Notes: generated by a model from the sequence alone, not told the origin. A stretch of 64,000 bases of DNA from Dissulfuribacterales bacterium (GCA_041287365.1 JBEULL010000018.1:240908-304907); one strand, 5' to 3'. Shown: positions 7,798-19,628, counted from the stretch's first letter. Made by a program: numbers and translations.

Positions 7798-10700
7798 ATG
7801 AGTAAAATTCGGGTACATGAGTTGGCAAAGGAGTTTTCCATTGCTCCAAAAGAGATGGAGACATGGATTAAAAACCATGGCTATCCCATAAAAAATTACA
7901 GCAGCACGCTTGAGGACCATGAGGTCCAGGAAATAAGAATGAAATTTCGTGAAGAACGGGCCGTACAGTCTGCATCTTCGGCGGTTACAGGTGAAAATTC
8001 CGACTCCAAACGCCCGAATAAGACATCGGATAACACGGCTGACAACATATCCGCCAGGGCAACAACCGTCATCAGACGCCGCCCTGGCATCAGACTCACC
8101 AAGATCACTCACAACGATGAGACGACCACACAAGAACCATTGAAAGAGACCGCTTTCACAGGCCATGAAGAACAGGCTGAAATCACGGAAGAATCATTTA
8201 TTTCTGAAAGGCCGGAGGCCAGGCCTGCCGCCACAGGCGAACCGAGCCTAAAACATGTGCAGCCAGCGCCTCCCAAATCCTATGTAAAGGTCATTAAAAA
8301 AGAGACTCCGGTGGTTGCGCCTAAGAAGATTCCGTCTTCTGCGCCCCCTGAATCCACTGACAAAACCGTTGTGAGAGCCAAGGCGGAACCAGAGACAATC
8401 AAAATGCAACCTCCTCCAAAAAAAGAGGAGACCGTCAGACAGCCTGAAACATCCTCTGAAAAACCTTCTGATGTGCCTGTGACAAAGCCTGCTGTATCGG
8501 AAAAGACAGCAGGGCCGCAAGAGACGCTTGCCGGAACTATGTCGCCGGTCGAAGCGCATACGGCCGAAAAGACCGAGAGCAAGGAAGAGAAGAAACACCC
8601 TCTTCGAGAGGTTGTAATGGGCAAGCGTGAAAAAGGTCATGAAAGACATGAAACATCCCCTCAAAAAACCGCCCAGCAGCCCAAAAGTTATGTAAAAATA
8701 GTGGATAGACCACGTATCGTTCTGCCGCAACCCCAACTTCCTGCATCAAAACAGCAGCCAAAGCCCTCTTCGCACGGTGGAGCCGGGGCGCCCGGCGCTT
8801 ATTCAGGAAAAGGCCGTAGACCTGAAACACCACAGCCGGCCTCCTCCTTTCCTGACAGAACTGTGCCGCGCATTGACATGACGGTCCCAGTACTCGAACT
8901 GGATAAAAAGACCAAAAAGAAAGACATGTCCAAGCGGGTGGTACAGGTCTCCGAAATGGAAGAGGTTGCCAGGAGACGCAAGGCCGCAGCCAAAAAGATC
9001 GAAAAGCTCAAGCCGATAACCAAGTTGCTGTCCGAGGAACTGGACAGCGATTTAAATGTTACGGATGCCCTGCTGCCTGAAACATCCGTTTATGAAGCAG
9101 TCCTTGAGCCTGTTGTTTTCAAGACCGTACCAAGTAAGTCAGGAACCGGCAGAAAAAAAACAACCAGACCGATTTCCGCGCCTCAATCCGAAGCAGCTTC
9201 TGGGGCCTTCGATGCACAGGCCGGCAGAAGAAGGCTCATACTCAATGAGGCCATACAACTGGGTGACCTTGCTAAAAAAATGGGTGTAAAGATTGGAGAT
9301 GTCATCGGTAAGCTCATGGGCATGGGGGTTATGGCCACCATCAACCAAACCATAGATTATGACACTGCCGCGCTTCTCGCATCCGAGTTCAATTTCGAAG
9401 TGGAGAAACGCACTGTCGCAGAGGATATGTTGATGGAATTTGAACCTCAGGGTTCAGGCGAACAGGTATTGCGTCCGCCTGTGGTAACGGTCATGGGTCA
9501 CGTGGATCACGGTAAGACCTCACTTCTGGATGCGATTCGCGAGGCGGATGTGGTATCCAAAGAGGCCGGAGGCATCACTCAGCACATAGGCGCATATCAT
9601 GTAACCCTGTCATCCGGACACGATGTGGTCTTTCTGGACACACCAGGCCATGAGGCCTTTACAGCCATGAGGGCCAGGGGTGCTCAAGTAACCGATATCG
9701 TGATACTGGTAGTGGCGGCTGACGATGGGGTTATGGCCCAGACAAAAGAGGCCATCGACCACGCAAAGGCAGCGAAGGTGCCCATCATCGTGGCCATCAA
9801 CAAGATCGACAAACCCAACGCTAACATCGATCGCGTCAAAAGAGAGCTGGCGGAATACGGTCTTGTGCCGGAGGAATGGGGTGGAGACACCATATTCGTC
9901 AATATCTCTGCCAAAAAACGTATAGGCATAGAGGAATTTCTGGAGATGCTGGCTCTGCAATCCGAGGTGATGGAATTGAAAGCCGATCCCAACAGGCCTG
10001 CCAAGGGTCATGTGGTGGAGAGCAAGCTGGACAAGGGCCGAGGCCCTGTGGCAACCCTGCTCATATCCAACGGTACGCTTCGTGTGGGAGACAGCCTGGT
10101 CTGCGGCATGCACTATGGAAAGATTCGGGCCATGAACAACGACAAGGGATTGCCCATCAAGTCAGCAGGGCCATCCATACCAGTGGAGGTGCTAGGCCTC
10201 TCCGGAGTGCCTTCTGCCGGAGATGAATTCGTTGTGCTGCCTGACGAGAAAAAGGCGAGAGAGGTGGCGGAATACCGTCAGAGAAAACACCGTGAGGCAG
10301 AACTTGCCAAAGGTTTTCATAAAGTAAGTCTCGACAATGTCTTCGACCGTATAAAGGCCCAGGACATGAAGGAACTGAGTATCGTCCTGAAGACCGATGT
10401 CCAGGGCTCGGTTGAGGCCATATCGGACGCACTCAACAAGCTCAGCACACCGGATGTCACGCTGAAAATAGTTGCAAGCGGCATAGGCGCTATCTCCGAA
10501 TCGGATGTACTGTTGGCATCCGCCTCCAATGCCATAGTTATCGGTTTTAACGTGAAACCCAATCCGCAGGCCAGAAGTCTGGCGGAGCAGGAAAAGGTCG
10601 ACATACGTTTTTATGATGTCATCTTCAATCTCCTGGATGATATCAAAAACGCCATGACCGGCCTGCTCGAACCTGTGTTCAGGGAAAAGACCCTTGGCAG

Positions 10701-10986
10701 GGCACTGGTAAGGCAGGTTTTCATGGTACCCAAGGTAGGTGCTGTGGCCGGCTGCGCCGTAACCGATGGAGTGGTGCAGAGAAACTCCAAGGCTCGGCTT
10801 CTGCGGGACAATGTAGTGGTATATACGGGCAAGATTATCTCGTTACGCAGATTCAAGGAAGACGTCAAAGAGGTCGGTACCGGTTACGAATGCGGTATCG
10901 GGCTGGAACGTTTCAATGACATCAAAGAAGGCGATGTGATAGAGTCGTTTGTCATGGAAGAGACCAAACCCGTGCTTGCAAGCTGA
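7798..10986 (+). CDS. infB: translation initiation factor IF-2, with a long low-complexity N-terminal region
   Basis: 1062 aa. The GTPase core has [21 protein letters not shown] and NKID. The N-terminal ~480 aa are rich in P, K, E and T. Confidence 0.95.
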   Translation: MSKIRVHELAKEFSIAPKEMETWIKNHGYPIKNYSSTLEDHEVQEIRMKFREERAVQSASSAVTGENSDSKRPNKTSDNTADNISARATTVIRRRPGIRLTKITHNDETTTQEPLKETAFTGHEEQAEITEESFISERPEARPAATGEPSLKHVQPAPPKSYVKVIKKETPVVAPKKIPSSAPPESTDKTVVRAKAEPETIKMQPPPKKEETVRQPETSSEKPSDVPVTKPAVSEKTAGPQETLAGTMSPVEAHTAEKTESKEEKKHPLREVVMGKREKGHERHETSPQKTAQQPKSYVKIVDRPRIVLPQPQLPASKQQPKPSSHGGAGAPGAYSGKGRRPETPQPASSFPDRTVPRIDMTVPVLELDKKTKKKDMSKRVVQVSEMEEVARRRKAAAKKIEKLKPITKLLSEELDSDLNVTDALLPETSVYEAVLEPVVFKTVPSKSGTGRKKTTRPISAPQSEAASGAFDAQAGRRRLILNEAIQLGDLAKKMGVKIGDVIGKLMGMGVMATINQTIDYDTAALLASEFNFEVEKRTVAEDMLMEFEPQGSGEQVLRPPVVTVMGHVDHGKTSLLDAIREADVVSKEAGGITQHIGAYHVTLSSGHDVVFLDTPGHEAFTAMRARGAQVTDIVILVVAADDGVMAQTKEAIDHAKAAKVPIIVAINKIDKPNANIDRVKRELAEYGLVPEEWGGDTIFVNISAKKRIGIEEFLEMLALQSEVMELKADPNRPAKGHVVESKLDKGRGPVATLLISNGTLRVGDSLVCGMHYGKIRAMNNDKGLPIKSAGPSIPVEVLGLSGVPSAGDEFVVLPDEKKAREVAEYRQRKHREAELAKGFHKVSLDNVFDRIKAQDMKELSIVLKTDVQGSVEAISDALNKLSTPDVTLKIVASGIGAISESDVLLASASNAIVIGFNVKPNPQARSLAEQEKVDIRFYDVIFNLLDDIKNAMTGLLEPVFREKTLGRALVRQVFMVPKVGAVAGCAVTDGVVQRNSKARLLRDNVVVYTGKIISLRRFKEDVKEVGTGYECGIGLERFNDIKEGDVIESFVMEETKPVLAS

Positions 10987-10993
10987 TTACAGG

Positions 10994-11308
10994 ATGTTTA
11001 CTGGAATATTGCGTATCACTTTGAGTTTACCTGAAAATCATTCGTTGAAGGAAAAACGCCGAGTGGTAAAGAGTATTTTACAGCAGATAAAAAACCGTTT
11101 CGAAGCCGCTGCATCGGAGACAGACCATCACGATTTATGGCAGACTGCTGAACTCGGGGTTGCAGTCGTGGGAAACAGTGCAAGCGTACTGGATTCGGTG
11201 CTGAATAAGATAATAGATTTTGTTGAAAGTATCGGTATCGCCGATCTTGTGAATGCAGAGATGGAAATCATCAACATGGGCAGACATGAAATTCGCAGCA
11301 ACAGATGA
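10994..11308 (+). CDS. DUF503 (YlxP-like) protein
   Basis: The small ORF starts MFTGILRITLSLPENHSLKEKRRVVKSI, typical of DUF503. It sits between infB and rbfA, like ylxP in Bacillus. Start set at ATG 10994, not the track start at 10949 that overlaps infB. Confidence 0.7.
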   Translation: MFTGILRITLSLPENHSLKEKRRVVKSILQQIKNRFEAAASETDHHDLWQTAELGVAVVGNSASVLDSVLNKIIDFVESIGIADLVNAEMEIINMGRHEIRSNR

Positions 11309-11343
11309 TGTGCTCATAAAAAATCATTTAGGTATATAATAAT

Positions 11344-11772
11344 ATGGCGCATAGATTCCCAAGGGCATACAGAATAGCGGATATGATCAAGAAGGAACTG
11401 GCATATCTGCTGCTTGGCGAGATAAAAGACCCTCGCATACACGGACTCGTTACTGTCATGAATGTAGAGGTATCCACCGATCTCAAGTATGCGAAGATAT
11501 TTGTGGCGGTCGCAGGCTCGAATCAGGACAAAAAAGAGGTGCTTAAAGGGTTCAAACAGGCCAAGGGCTTCATCAGAACCATGTTGGCCCATCGTATAGA
11601 GATGCGACAGATACCAGAATTGCATTTCTTGCTCGATACCACCCTTGAACGGCAGCTGCATCTGGAGGATGTTTTGGCGACCATTCCGCACTCATCCACT
11701 CTTGCGGAGGCCATTGAGACACCTCCTGATGAAACCAGTGCACCGAATCATATCGAAAATAACGGCAAATGA
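11344..11772 (+). CDS. rbfA: ribosome-binding factor A
   Basis: RbfA-like sequence (RIADMIKKELAYLL, DPRI, VEVSTDLKYAKIF, PELHFLLD) in a conserved operon position. Confidence 0.9.
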   Translation: MAHRFPRAYRIADMIKKELAYLLLGEIKDPRIHGLVTVMNVEVSTDLKYAKIFVAVAGSNQDKKEVLKGFKQAKGFIRTMLAHRIEMRQIPELHFLLDTTLERQLHLEDVLATIPHSSTLAEAIETPPDETSAPNHIENNGK

Positions 11773-11794
11773 TATTTTTGACCTATGATTATAT

Positions 11795-12853
11795 ATGATA
11801 AAAAACGATCAGCAGCTTAAAAAGATAGCGAAACTTATAGACAGCGCTCAAAATTTCCTGATTACGGCACATCAGAAACCGGATGGAGACGCCGTAGGTT
11901 CGCTGCTGGCCCTTTATCTGGCCCTGACTCAGGCAGGCAAGACTGTCACACCATGTCTCGCCGACCCAGTGCCGCAGCACCTGCTCTTTTTACCGGAAAG
12001 CGGCTCCATTATATCTGCTTCGGAACTGGCTTCCAGTAAATTGATAACCCATCAAACAGCCCATCAGGCCCCTACCCTTTCACGGGATACGATCCTGATC
12101 GTGCTGGATTGCAACGAGCTGCAACGCACCGGTATCCTTCCATTTTTACCCGAGCATCTATTTGAGACAGCCGTTGTACTCGATCACCACATAGCCAGGT
12201 CGAACCCACTTTCGGAGTTTACAGACATCTTTTCAAAGGCTCCTCTCCTCTATATCGACACAGAGGTATTTTCAACGGCCGCTCTGGTCTATTGGCTGCT
12301 GGAGACCATGAATCGCCCTCTAACTCCGGAGATAGCCACCAATATCTATACTGGGGTGGTCACTGATACCGGTTCTTTCTGTCACAGCAACACCAATGCG
12401 GAGGCATTGGAAATGGCTGCGGCCCTGGTGAGGGCAGGGGCAAATCCACACAGGATTTCATCACAACTTTTTCAGCAATATCCTGTATCCAGACACAGGT
12501 TGCTGGCCATGGCCTTAAATACCCTTGAGCTCAAGCATGAAGGCAGAGTGGGTTTTATGCATGTATCGCCTGATATGTTCATACGAAGCGGCGCCAATGA
12601 AGAGGATGCTCATGATTTTGTGGGTTATATCAGATCAATAGATACAGTGGAACTGGCGGTTTTTATCAAAGAGACCAGCAACGGTCAGAGCAGTGTGAGT
12701 CTGCGCTCTAAAAGCTATTTCAATGCGGCTGAGTTGGCTGCCTCGTTTGGAGGAGGTGGTCATTTTCATGCAGCAGGGTTTCGAATGAACAAACCCATAG
12801 CGGAGATCAAAGACATGCTGCTCGCAAAGCTGGCTGACGTAACGTGGCAATGA
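11795..12853 (+). CDS. nrnA: DHH/DHHA1-family phosphoesterase (NrnA-like nanoRNase / pAp phosphatase)
   Basis: Motifs HQKPDGDAVGS, DCN, LDHH, TDTGSF, and the C-terminal GGGGHFHAAG (DHHA1). It has the rbfA-nrnA-truB placement seen in other bacteria. Confidence 0.75.
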   Translation: MIKNDQQLKKIAKLIDSAQNFLITAHQKPDGDAVGSLLALYLALTQAGKTVTPCLADPVPQHLLFLPESGSIISASELASSKLITHQTAHQAPTLSRDTILIVLDCNELQRTGILPFLPEHLFETAVVLDHHIARSNPLSEFTDIFSKAPLLYIDTEVFSTAALVYWLLETMNRPLTPEIATNIYTGVVTDTGSFCHSNTNAEALEMAAALVRAGANPHRISSQLFQQYPVSRHRLLAMALNTLELKHEGRVGFMHVSPDMFIRSGANEEDAHDFVGYIRSIDTVELAVFIKETSNGQSSVSLRSKSYFNAAELAASFGGGGHFHAAGFRMNKPIAEIKDMLLAKLADVTWQ

Positions 12854-12854
12854 T

Positions 12855-13577
12855 ATGGAATTGAACGGCGTTTTAGTGATAGACAAACCCCTGGGAATGA
12901 CCTCTTTTCAGGTGATAAAGCTGACCAGAAGGCTTCTGAACATCAAAAAGATCGGGCATACAGGCACCCTTGACCCATTGGCCACGGGTATATTGACCCT
13001 GTGCATAGGCAAGGCCACAAAACTCTCCGAAAAGCTCATGCAAGGTCACAAACGCTATGACGGCTTGATGCAGCTTGGTATGGAGACAACCACTTACGAC
13101 AAAGAGGGTGACATTGTATCGGAACAACCAGTTCCTCCTCATCTGACCCTGGAAAGGCTACAACAACTCGCCGATACCTTCATCGGCAGACTGTTTCAGG
13201 TACCTCCGGCCTTTTCCGCTGTAAAACACAAGGGACAACCCTTATATAAACTGGCCAGAAAAGGGATATTCGTTCAAAAAGACGCTCGTGAGATAGAGAT
13301 ATTTTCCTTTGTCGTGACATCATGGGAACCGCCCGTAATGGGTTTTTCACTACACTGTTCCAAGGGCACATATGTCAGGACCCTGGCCCATGATTTCGGC
13401 CAAAAAGCAGGATGCGGCGCCTGCCTTACAAGGCTTCACCGCACTCAAAACGGTATATTTCACATGGACCATGCCGTTTCCATGGATGACATCAGAAAGG
13501 CTGTGAATACCGATACCATGGAAGGACTGCTGATTCCAAAAGAACTGTTGGACATTACCCCTGAACTTTCAGGGTAA
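12855..13577 (+). CDS. truB: tRNA pseudouridine(55) synthase
   Basis: [13 protein letters not shown] and the catalytic-Asp motif [14 protein letters not shown]. Confidence 0.9.
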   Translation: MELNGVLVIDKPLGMTSFQVIKLTRRLLNIKKIGHTGTLDPLATGILTLCIGKATKLSEKLMQGHKRYDGLMQLGMETTTYDKEGDIVSEQPVPPHLTLERLQQLADTFIGRLFQVPPAFSAVKHKGQPLYKLARKGIFVQKDAREIEIFSFVVTSWEPPVMGFSLHCSKGTYVRTLAHDFGQKAGCGACLTRLHRTQNGIFHMDHAVSMDDIRKAVNTDTMEGLLIPKELLDITPELSG

Positions 13578-13612
13578 TCATCATAAAAAACAATCAAAGG
13601 AGGTTTACCAAG

Positions 13613-13882
13613 GTGTCATTACAACCAGAACTCAAAAAGGAACTCATCGAGAAATACAAACGCAGCGACGCGGACACAGGCTCGCCTGAGGTGCAGGTTG
13701 CGCTTTTGACAGCTCGTATCAACAGTCTGAATGAGCACTTCAAGTCCCACAAAAAGGACCATAGCTCCAGAAGAGGTCTGCTCAAGCTGGTCGGACAGAG
13801 AAAGAGTTTGCTGGACTACCTCAGAAACAAGGATATGGACAGATACAGAACCCTTATCTCTGAATTGGGCCTGCGTAAATAA
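13613..13882 (+). CDS. rpsO: 30S ribosomal protein S15
   Basis: 89 aa with [13 protein letters not shown]...HLK..KKDHHSRRGLL-type sequence. GTG start with AGGAGG about 9 nt upstream. Confidence 0.95.
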   Translation: MSLQPELKKELIEKYKRSDADTGSPEVQVALLTARINSLNEHFKSHKKDHSSRRGLLKLVGQRKSLLDYLRNKDMDRYRTLISELGLRK

Positions 13883-13909
13883 TCTATGCAAATGAATGGA
13901 GTAATGGAA

Positions 13910-15994
13910 ATGACTCGAAAAGAGGCGATACTGGGAGGACATACGATCAGTCTGGAAACAGGCCGAATAGCCAAACAGGCAAATGGATCGGTAATAGTCA
14001 GGGCCGGAGATACAGTGGTTGTTATAACTGCCGTAGCCTCCAAGCAGCCCAGGGAAGACATGGATTTTCTGCCACTCATGGTGGACTATCAGGAGATGTT
14101 TTATGCAGCAGGCAAGATACCGGGCAGTTACTTTCGCAGAGAGATAGGACGGCCCAGCGAAAAGGAAGTGCTGACCTCTCGATGTATCGACAGGCCCATT
14201 CGCCCGCTGTTTCCGGCGAACTATCATCATGACACGCAGATTATAGCCACCGTCCTCTCCATGGACCCTGAGATAGACCCTGATGTCTTGGCCATCACCG
14301 GCGCCTCTGCCGCCCTTTCCATTTCTGATATTCCTTTCAATGGCCCTATTGCAGGCGTTCGTGTGGGCAAGATAAACGGTCAGCTGGTCATAAACCCCAC
14401 AAAGACTCAGCTTGCGGAATCGGAATTGAATATCATAGTGGCCGGCAGTAGGGATGCAGTGGTGATGGTAGAGGGCGGAGCGGCCGTTCTGCCTGAAGAA
14501 GACATACTGGAGGCCATCTTCTTTGCACACAAAGAGATGCAGCCCCTGATAGTCCTTCAAGAGGAGCTGGCCAAAGAGCTTGGCAAACCAAAGTTCGACC
14601 TCGCCCCTGAAAAGGAATTGCCTGAACCCCTGCAAAAGGCCCTTCAGGAGTATGAAGCCGCCATGCGTCAGGTAATCACCACTCCTGACAAACAGCAGCG
14701 AGGCAAACTGAAAGATGCCATCGAACAGGAGTTTCTCTCCAGATTTGCTGATGAGCTGACCGGCTATGAAAAGGTCTTTAAGACCGCTCTCAAAGAAATG
14801 GAAAAAAACATGATGCGTTCCATGATAGTCCATGAGAAACGCCGTATAGACGCCAGAAAATTCGATGAGATACGGCCCATTTCATGCTCCATCGGCGAAC
14901 TGCCTCGCACTCATGGCTCAGCGGTCTTTACACGTGGAGAGACCCAGGTACTTGCTGTGGCCACTCTGGGCAGTGCTGACGATGAACAGCGTATCGATGC
15001 CATCGGCGGCGAATTTTTCAAGCACTTCATGCTGCATTACAATTTTCCTCCATTTTGTGTGGGTGAGGTCAGACCCCTCAGGGGTCCGGCCAGACGCGAT
15101 ATAGGTCATGGAGCCCTGGCTGAACGCGGTATAGCGGCAGTCATTCCTCCTCCTGAGGACTTTGTATATACCATTCGTGTCGTATCTGAGGTAATGGAAT
15201 CCAACGGTTCCTCCTCCATGGCGACCGTATGCGGCGCCACTTTGGCCCTCATGGATGCAGGCGTGCCTATTCGTGATATGGTGGCAGGTGTGGCCATGGG
15301 CCTTATAAAAGAAGGCGACGAGGTGATAATCCTGTCCGATATTCTCGGAGACGAGGACCATCTCGGGGACATGGACTTCAAGGTGGTCGGTACCCATGAG
15401 GGCGTGACCTCCATTCAGATGGACATTAAAATATCAGGCCTCACACCTGAAATAATGCAAAAAGCCATGCTTCAAGCCAGAGAGGGCCGAAAATTCATTC
15501 TCGGTAAGATGAAAGAGGTCATCTCAACGCCTAAAACCGAATTGAGTCAATATGCACCAAAGGTCTTTTCCATACAGATTAATCCTGAAAAGATAAAAGA
15601 CCTCATAGGTCCTGGCGGCAAGAACATCAAAGCGGTGGTGGCTGCATCTGGTGCCAAGGTCGATGTTGACAATGCAGGCAAGGTCAAGATATTTGCATCA
15701 TCAGGGGATTCCGCACAAAAGGCCATACAGATGATCAAACAGCTTACAGCCGAACCTGAAGTCGGCGTGATCTATGACGGTGTTGTTAAGAAGATTATGG
15801 AATTCGGCGCCTTTGTTGAGATAATGCCAGGCACGGACGGCTTGCTGCATATTTCACAGATAGATACCAAACGAGTCAATTCAGTGCAGGATTATCTCAA
15901 GGAAGGCGACACCGTGCGTGTCAAAGTGATTGAAATAGACAAACAAGGCAAAATAAAGCTAAGCCGCAAGGTATTGCTGGAAGAAAATCAATAA
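13910..15994 (+). CDS. pnp: polyribonucleotide nucleotidyltransferase (PNPase)
   Basis: Two RNase PH-like halves followed by KH (IGPGGKNIK) and S1 ([18 protein letters not shown]) regions. In-frame ATGs occur at 13886, 13892, 13904 and 13910. I favour 13910 because GGAG lies 8 nt upstream. Confidence 0.95.
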   Translation: MTRKEAILGGHTISLETGRIAKQANGSVIVRAGDTVVVITAVASKQPREDMDFLPLMVDYQEMFYAAGKIPGSYFRREIGRPSEKEVLTSRCIDRPIRPLFPANYHHDTQIIATVLSMDPEIDPDVLAITGASAALSISDIPFNGPIAGVRVGKINGQLVINPTKTQLAESELNIIVAGSRDAVVMVEGGAAVLPEEDILEAIFFAHKEMQPLIVLQEELAKELGKPKFDLAPEKELPEPLQKALQEYEAAMRQVITTPDKQQRGKLKDAIEQEFLSRFADELTGYEKVFKTALKEMEKNMMRSMIVHEKRRIDARKFDEIRPISCSIGELPRTHGSAVFTRGETQVLAVATLGSADDEQRIDAIGGEFFKHFMLHYNFPPFCVGEVRPLRGPARRDIGHGALAERGIAAVIPPPEDFVYTIRVVSEVMESNGSSSMATVCGATLALMDAGVPIRDMVAGVAMGLIKEGDEVIILSDILGDEDHLGDMDFKVVGTHEGVTSIQMDIKISGLTPEIMQKAMLQAREGRKFILGKMKEVISTPKTELSQYAPKVFSIQINPEKIKDLIGPGGKNIKAVVAASGAKVDVDNAGKVKIFASSGDSAQKAIQMIKQLTAEPEVGVIYDGVVKKIMEFGAFVEIMPGTDGLLHISQIDTKRVNSVQDYLKEGDTVRVKVIEIDKQGKIKLSRKVLLEENQ

Positions 15995-16025
15995 GATATA
16001 CAACTTGCTGATCCATTTTTCAAAT

Positions 16026-17153
16026 ATGAACGAACTATCTGAAATTATTCGAAACAATACCATGCCGCCTCTTGAAATCGGTGACATCTCCGTTCCGGTT
16101 CCCATAATACAAGGCGGTATGGGCATAGGTATTTCCATGGCAGGATTGGCATCCGCCGTAGCCCGTTCCGGCGGTATCGGAGTTATAGCCGCTGTCATGA
16201 TAGGTATAACCGAACCCCATTGGCAGCAGGACCCCATGGGCACAACCCGGACCGCTCTGGCAAAACAGATAGCCCTTGCCAAAGAACAGGCCAAGGGTGG
16301 TGTCATAGGCGTAAATATCATGGTGGCCCTTCAGGATTATGATGAACTGGTAAAAATCGCTGCCGATGCAGGCGCCGACCTCATAATCAGCGGCGCAGGA
16401 CTGCCTCTAAAACTGCCAGGCCTGTTACCCTCAGGTTCTACAACCAACCTGGCCCCCATCGTCTCATCCGGAAGGGCGGCGCAACTCATCTGCCGCAGAT
16501 GGAAGGAACACTATTCCAGGCTTCCTGACCTCATTATAGTCGAGGGCCCTGAGGCCGGAGGGCACCTCGGTTTCAAGAAGGATGAGTTGAACGCACCCAA
16601 AAACCGACTGGAAAACCTGGTGACGGATGTCATACAGGCTGTTGAGCCTTTTACTCAATTCACTCGGAATGGCAAGCCTATTCCAGTTGTGGCGGCAGGC
16701 GGTGTATATACAGGGGCCGATATCTATCATTTCATTCATGATATCGGCGCAGCCGGAGTGCAGATGGCCACTCGCTTTGTGGCCACATACGAGTGTGATG
16801 CCTCCGATGCCTTCAAGGAGGCGTATCTCAAGGCCAGAAAGGAAGACATCACCATCATCAAGAGCCCGGTGGGTCTGCCGGGTAGGGCCCTCAAGGGTAA
16901 GTTCATCGAGATGATGGCTGAAGGAAAAAAAAGGCCATTTAAGTGCCCCAACAAATGTCTCGCTCCATGTGACTACAAAACAGCGCCGTATTGCATAAGC
17001 ACCGCCCTCATCAATGCACAGCGCGGAAACATCGACGCGGGTTTTGTGTTCTGTGGTTCAAATGTTTGGCGGGTGGACAAAATAGTACATGTGCACGAGC
17101 TGATTCAGGAACTGGTGGATCAATACAGAGCGGCTGAACAGGCAAATCAATAA
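16026..17153 (+). CDS. NAD(P)H-dependent flavin oxidoreductase, nitronate monooxygenase / FabK-like family
   Basis: PIIQGGMG, a TIM-barrel FMN-type pattern (GAGLPL, VVAAGGVYTG, GVQMATRF), and a Cys-rich C-terminal insert (FKCPNKCLAPCDY). ATG 16026 preferred over TTG 16005. Confidence 0.7.
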   Translation: MNELSEIIRNNTMPPLEIGDISVPVPIIQGGMGIGISMAGLASAVARSGGIGVIAAVMIGITEPHWQQDPMGTTRTALAKQIALAKEQAKGGVIGVNIMVALQDYDELVKIAADAGADLIISGAGLPLKLPGLLPSGSTTNLAPIVSSGRAAQLICRRWKEHYSRLPDLIIVEGPEAGGHLGFKKDELNAPKNRLENLVTDVIQAVEPFTQFTRNGKPIPVVAAGGVYTGADIYHFIHDIGAAGVQMATRFVATYECDASDAFKEAYLKARKEDITIIKSPVGLPGRALKGKFIEMMAEGKKRPFKCPNKCLAPCDYKTAPYCISTALINAQRGNIDAGFVFCGSNVWRVDKIVHVHELIQELVDQYRAAEQANQ

Positions 17154-17199
17154 CAGGCCTGACGGTGACAGGCTGTTGGTAAAAATGCAATAAAAACAG

Positions 17200-18048
17200 C
17201 TACTTTTCAAAAAAGAAGATTATATTGTCCACCTCCCGCTGAATGGAGCCCATTATCTCTTCCTGTTTGTCGATTATCGAAAACGGAAGCATGCTTCTCT
17301 TTTGGTCAGGTGTGAGATTTTTGTCCACAAGCGTATGCGCCCAGATCAGAAGCCGAGTCAGGCCGTTGGGAAATCGTCTCTTGTCCTTCATGTGGTGATT
17401 CGCTATGGCTGTAACCATCTCATTCGGCATAGACCAGCTTTTGGCCAGATATGCGCCTATATCGACGTGAGTTACCTTGAACCTGATACCTTCATACGCA
17501 AGGGCTCTGTCTCCGCCATTTACGGCATTCTTTGAGAACTCGGCCAGTTCAGCCTCTTTTTTCTCGTTTTTCAGATATTGCAGCAGAACGAGCTTGCCTA
17601 TGTCGTGTATAAGCCCTGTGGTAAAAGCACGAGCCATGGGTGTGATGAATATGTTCAGTTCTCGAAGCATAGTCTGCATGGCGTATGCCACCTGCAGACT
17701 ATGCTCCCAGATGTCGTATTCAACTGTCGAGAATGTCTTGCCAAAGGATTCCTGCAAGGATGACGCCACGATGATATCCAGCACCCTTCTGCTGCCCAGA
17801 ATGGAAACAGCCTGAAATACTGATTCAATCTCCTTGTTGAGACCATAGGCGGCAGCCCGAGTGGCATCAAGTAGCTTGGCGGACAACACAGGTTCAAAGC
17901 TGAGTTTTCTGGCCAGGTCCAGAAGAGAAAGGTCTTCAAGAGAGGTATTGGTCACTATTTCGAGCACATAAGGCGAAATGGGCTTGATATTTTTTATGGC
18001 AGTCTGTATTCCAATAGGTATGGAAGAATTTGATTGTTTTTGCTGCAT
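17200..18048 (-). CDS. HDOD-domain signalling protein (stand-alone)
   Basis: HDOD-like sequence (LSLLDLARKLSFEPVLSAKLL, AVSILG, GLIHDIGKLVLL, ANHH). Start moved to MQQKQ at 18048, which has GGGGA 8 nt upstream. Confidence 0.75.
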   Translation of the reverse strand: MQQKQSNSSIPIGIQTAIKNIKPISPYVLEIVTNTSLEDLSLLDLARKLSFEPVLSAKLLDATRAAAYGLNKEIESVFQAVSILGSRRVLDIIVASSLQESFGKTFSTVEYDIWEHSLQVAYAMQTMLRELNIFITPMARAFTTGLIHDIGKLVLLQYLKNEKKEAELAEFSKNAVNGGDRALAYEGIRFKVTHVDIGAYLAKSWSMPNEMVTAIANHHMKDKRRFPNGLTRLLIWAHTLVDKNLTPDQKRSMLPFSIIDKQEEIMGSIQREVDNIIFFFEK

Positions 18049-18136
18049 TGTGATTCCCCTATAAAAATTGATGGTATCGTAAAAAGTAGAGTATGGCTGC
18101 GGCAAAAACGCCGAATGCAAGGTGCACAAATTAATT

Positions 18137-18164
18137 TTGAATATTGAATGCTGAATGTTGAATT
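18137..18164. repeat. four tandem heptamers TTGAATA / TTGAATG / CTGAATG / TTGAATT
   Basis: Read directly from the sequence in the divergent HDOD / rarA spacer. The last copies form one arm of an 8-bp inverted repeat: AATGTTGA 18154-18161 against TCAACATT 18191-18198. Confidence 0.6.
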
Positions 18165-18325
18165 ATGGTGGATTTGTCACAAGTTAACACTCAACATTAA
18201 AAACTAAACATTGTGAAAGGTAGCAGCCGGCAACTTTTTACGACGCTATCATAATTGCCATTAAATGGATTTATTATAATACAGATAAGCCACTTGAGAA
18301 GCAAGGAGACATAAAAAGTTAGAAT

Positions 18326-19627
18326 ATGCACAATTCACCCCTCGCTGAGCGCATGAGGCCGCGACATATCGATGAATTTCTTGGGCAGAAACACCTCATC
18401 GGGCCAGGCAAGCTCCTGACAGGTCTGCTGGAGCGCGGTAAACTGCCATCGCTGATTTTATGGGGGCCGCCGGGCTGCGGCAAGACCACTCTGGCCAGAT
18501 TGCTATCAAGTGTCTCAGGAATGCATTTTGTTGCATTTTCCGCCGTCCTATCCGGCGTAAAAGAGCTGCGCTCCATCGTTGAAGATGCCAAGAAAAGGGC
18601 TGAAAGAGGTATTGGAACCACCCTTTTTGTGGACGAGATACACCGTTTCAACAAGGCCCAGCAGGATGCCTTTCTGCCTCATGTGGAAAGCGGGCTCATC
18701 ACCCTCATAGGCGCCACCACAGAAAATCCATCCTTCGAAATTATAGCCCCTCTTCTTTCCAGATGTCGAGTGCTGACACTTCAGCCCATGGAGACCTCTG
18801 ATCTGCATATACTTCTGAACAGGACGCTGACCGACACCGAACGTGGGCTTGGCAAAGTGGGACTCACAATAACGGCACGGGCTGCAGACTATCTGGTGGG
18901 CACAGCCGATGGAGATGCACGTAACCTTTTGAATAGTTTGGAAGTGGCTGCTGAACTCGCTATCTCCAGTGATACCAAAGAAATAGATATAGAGTTGCTG
19001 AAGGAGGCCTTGCAACAAAAGGCCCTGCGCTATGACAAGTCAGGTGAAGAGCACTACAATCTCATCTCCGCCCTGCACAAAAGTCTTCGAGGAAGCGACC
19101 CTGATGCAGCCCTCTACTGGCTGGCCAGAATGCTGGCCGCAGGCGAAGACCCCCACTACATCGCAAGACGCATGATTCGCTTTGCATCTGAGGATATCGG
19201 CAATGCGGACCCCAATGCCCTGACACTGGCCATATCAGGGCTGCATGCCTTTGATTTTTTGGGTTCACCCGAGGGGGAGCTGGCCCTGGCCCAAGTGGCA
19301 GTCTATCTGGCCACGGCCCCTAAAAGCAACGCCACATACACAGCCTTTGGCGAAGCTATGGCAGATACCAGAAAATTCGGCACACTGTCTGTTCCGTTAC
19401 ATCTCAGAAATGCCCCTACTCGACTCATGAAGGAATTGGGGTATGGAGAAGGCTATCAATATGCCCACGACATGGAGGATGCTGTGGTCACGCAAGAACA
19501 TCTGCCGCGTGAACTGCGAGAACGTATCTACTATCGTCCCACGACACGAGGCCATGAGCAGGTAATAAAGGAACGTCTGGAAAAATGGCGGCGCATTCAG
19601 GCACAGAGAAAGGCCATTCACCGCTGA
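18326..19627 (+). CDS. rarA: replication-associated recombination protein A (AAA+ ATPase)
   Basis: PLAERMRP...LDEFLGQ-type N-terminus, Walker A GPPGCGKTT, Walker B FVDEIHRFNK, and the C-terminal MgsA region (YDKSGEEHYNLISALHKS, DPDAALYWLARML). Confidence 0.9.
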   Translation: MHNSPLAERMRPRHIDEFLGQKHLIGPGKLLTGLLERGKLPSLILWGPPGCGKTTLARLLSSVSGMHFVAFSAVLSGVKELRSIVEDAKKRAERGIGTTLFVDEIHRFNKAQQDAFLPHVESGLITLIGATTENPSFEIIAPLLSRCRVLTLQPMETSDLHILLNRTLTDTERGLGKVGLTITARAADYLVGTADGDARNLLNSLEVAAELAISSDTKEIDIELLKEALQQKALRYDKSGEEHYNLISALHKSLRGSDPDAALYWLARMLAAGEDPHYIARRMIRFASEDIGNADPNALTLAISGLHAFDFLGSPEGELALAQVAVYLATAPKSNATYTAFGEAMADTRKFGTLSVPLHLRNAPTRLMKELGYGEGYQYAHDMEDAVVTQEHLPRELRERIYYRPTTRGHEQVIKERLEKWRRIQAQRKAIHR

Positions 19628-19628
19628 T

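Noticed and set aside
13619-14833. 404-aa ORF on the minus strand
   Set aside because: It lies entirely antisense to rpsO and pnp, whose products are unmistakable. The translated sequence is low-complexity, rich in R, L and F, and has no motif. It is a typical shadow ORF.
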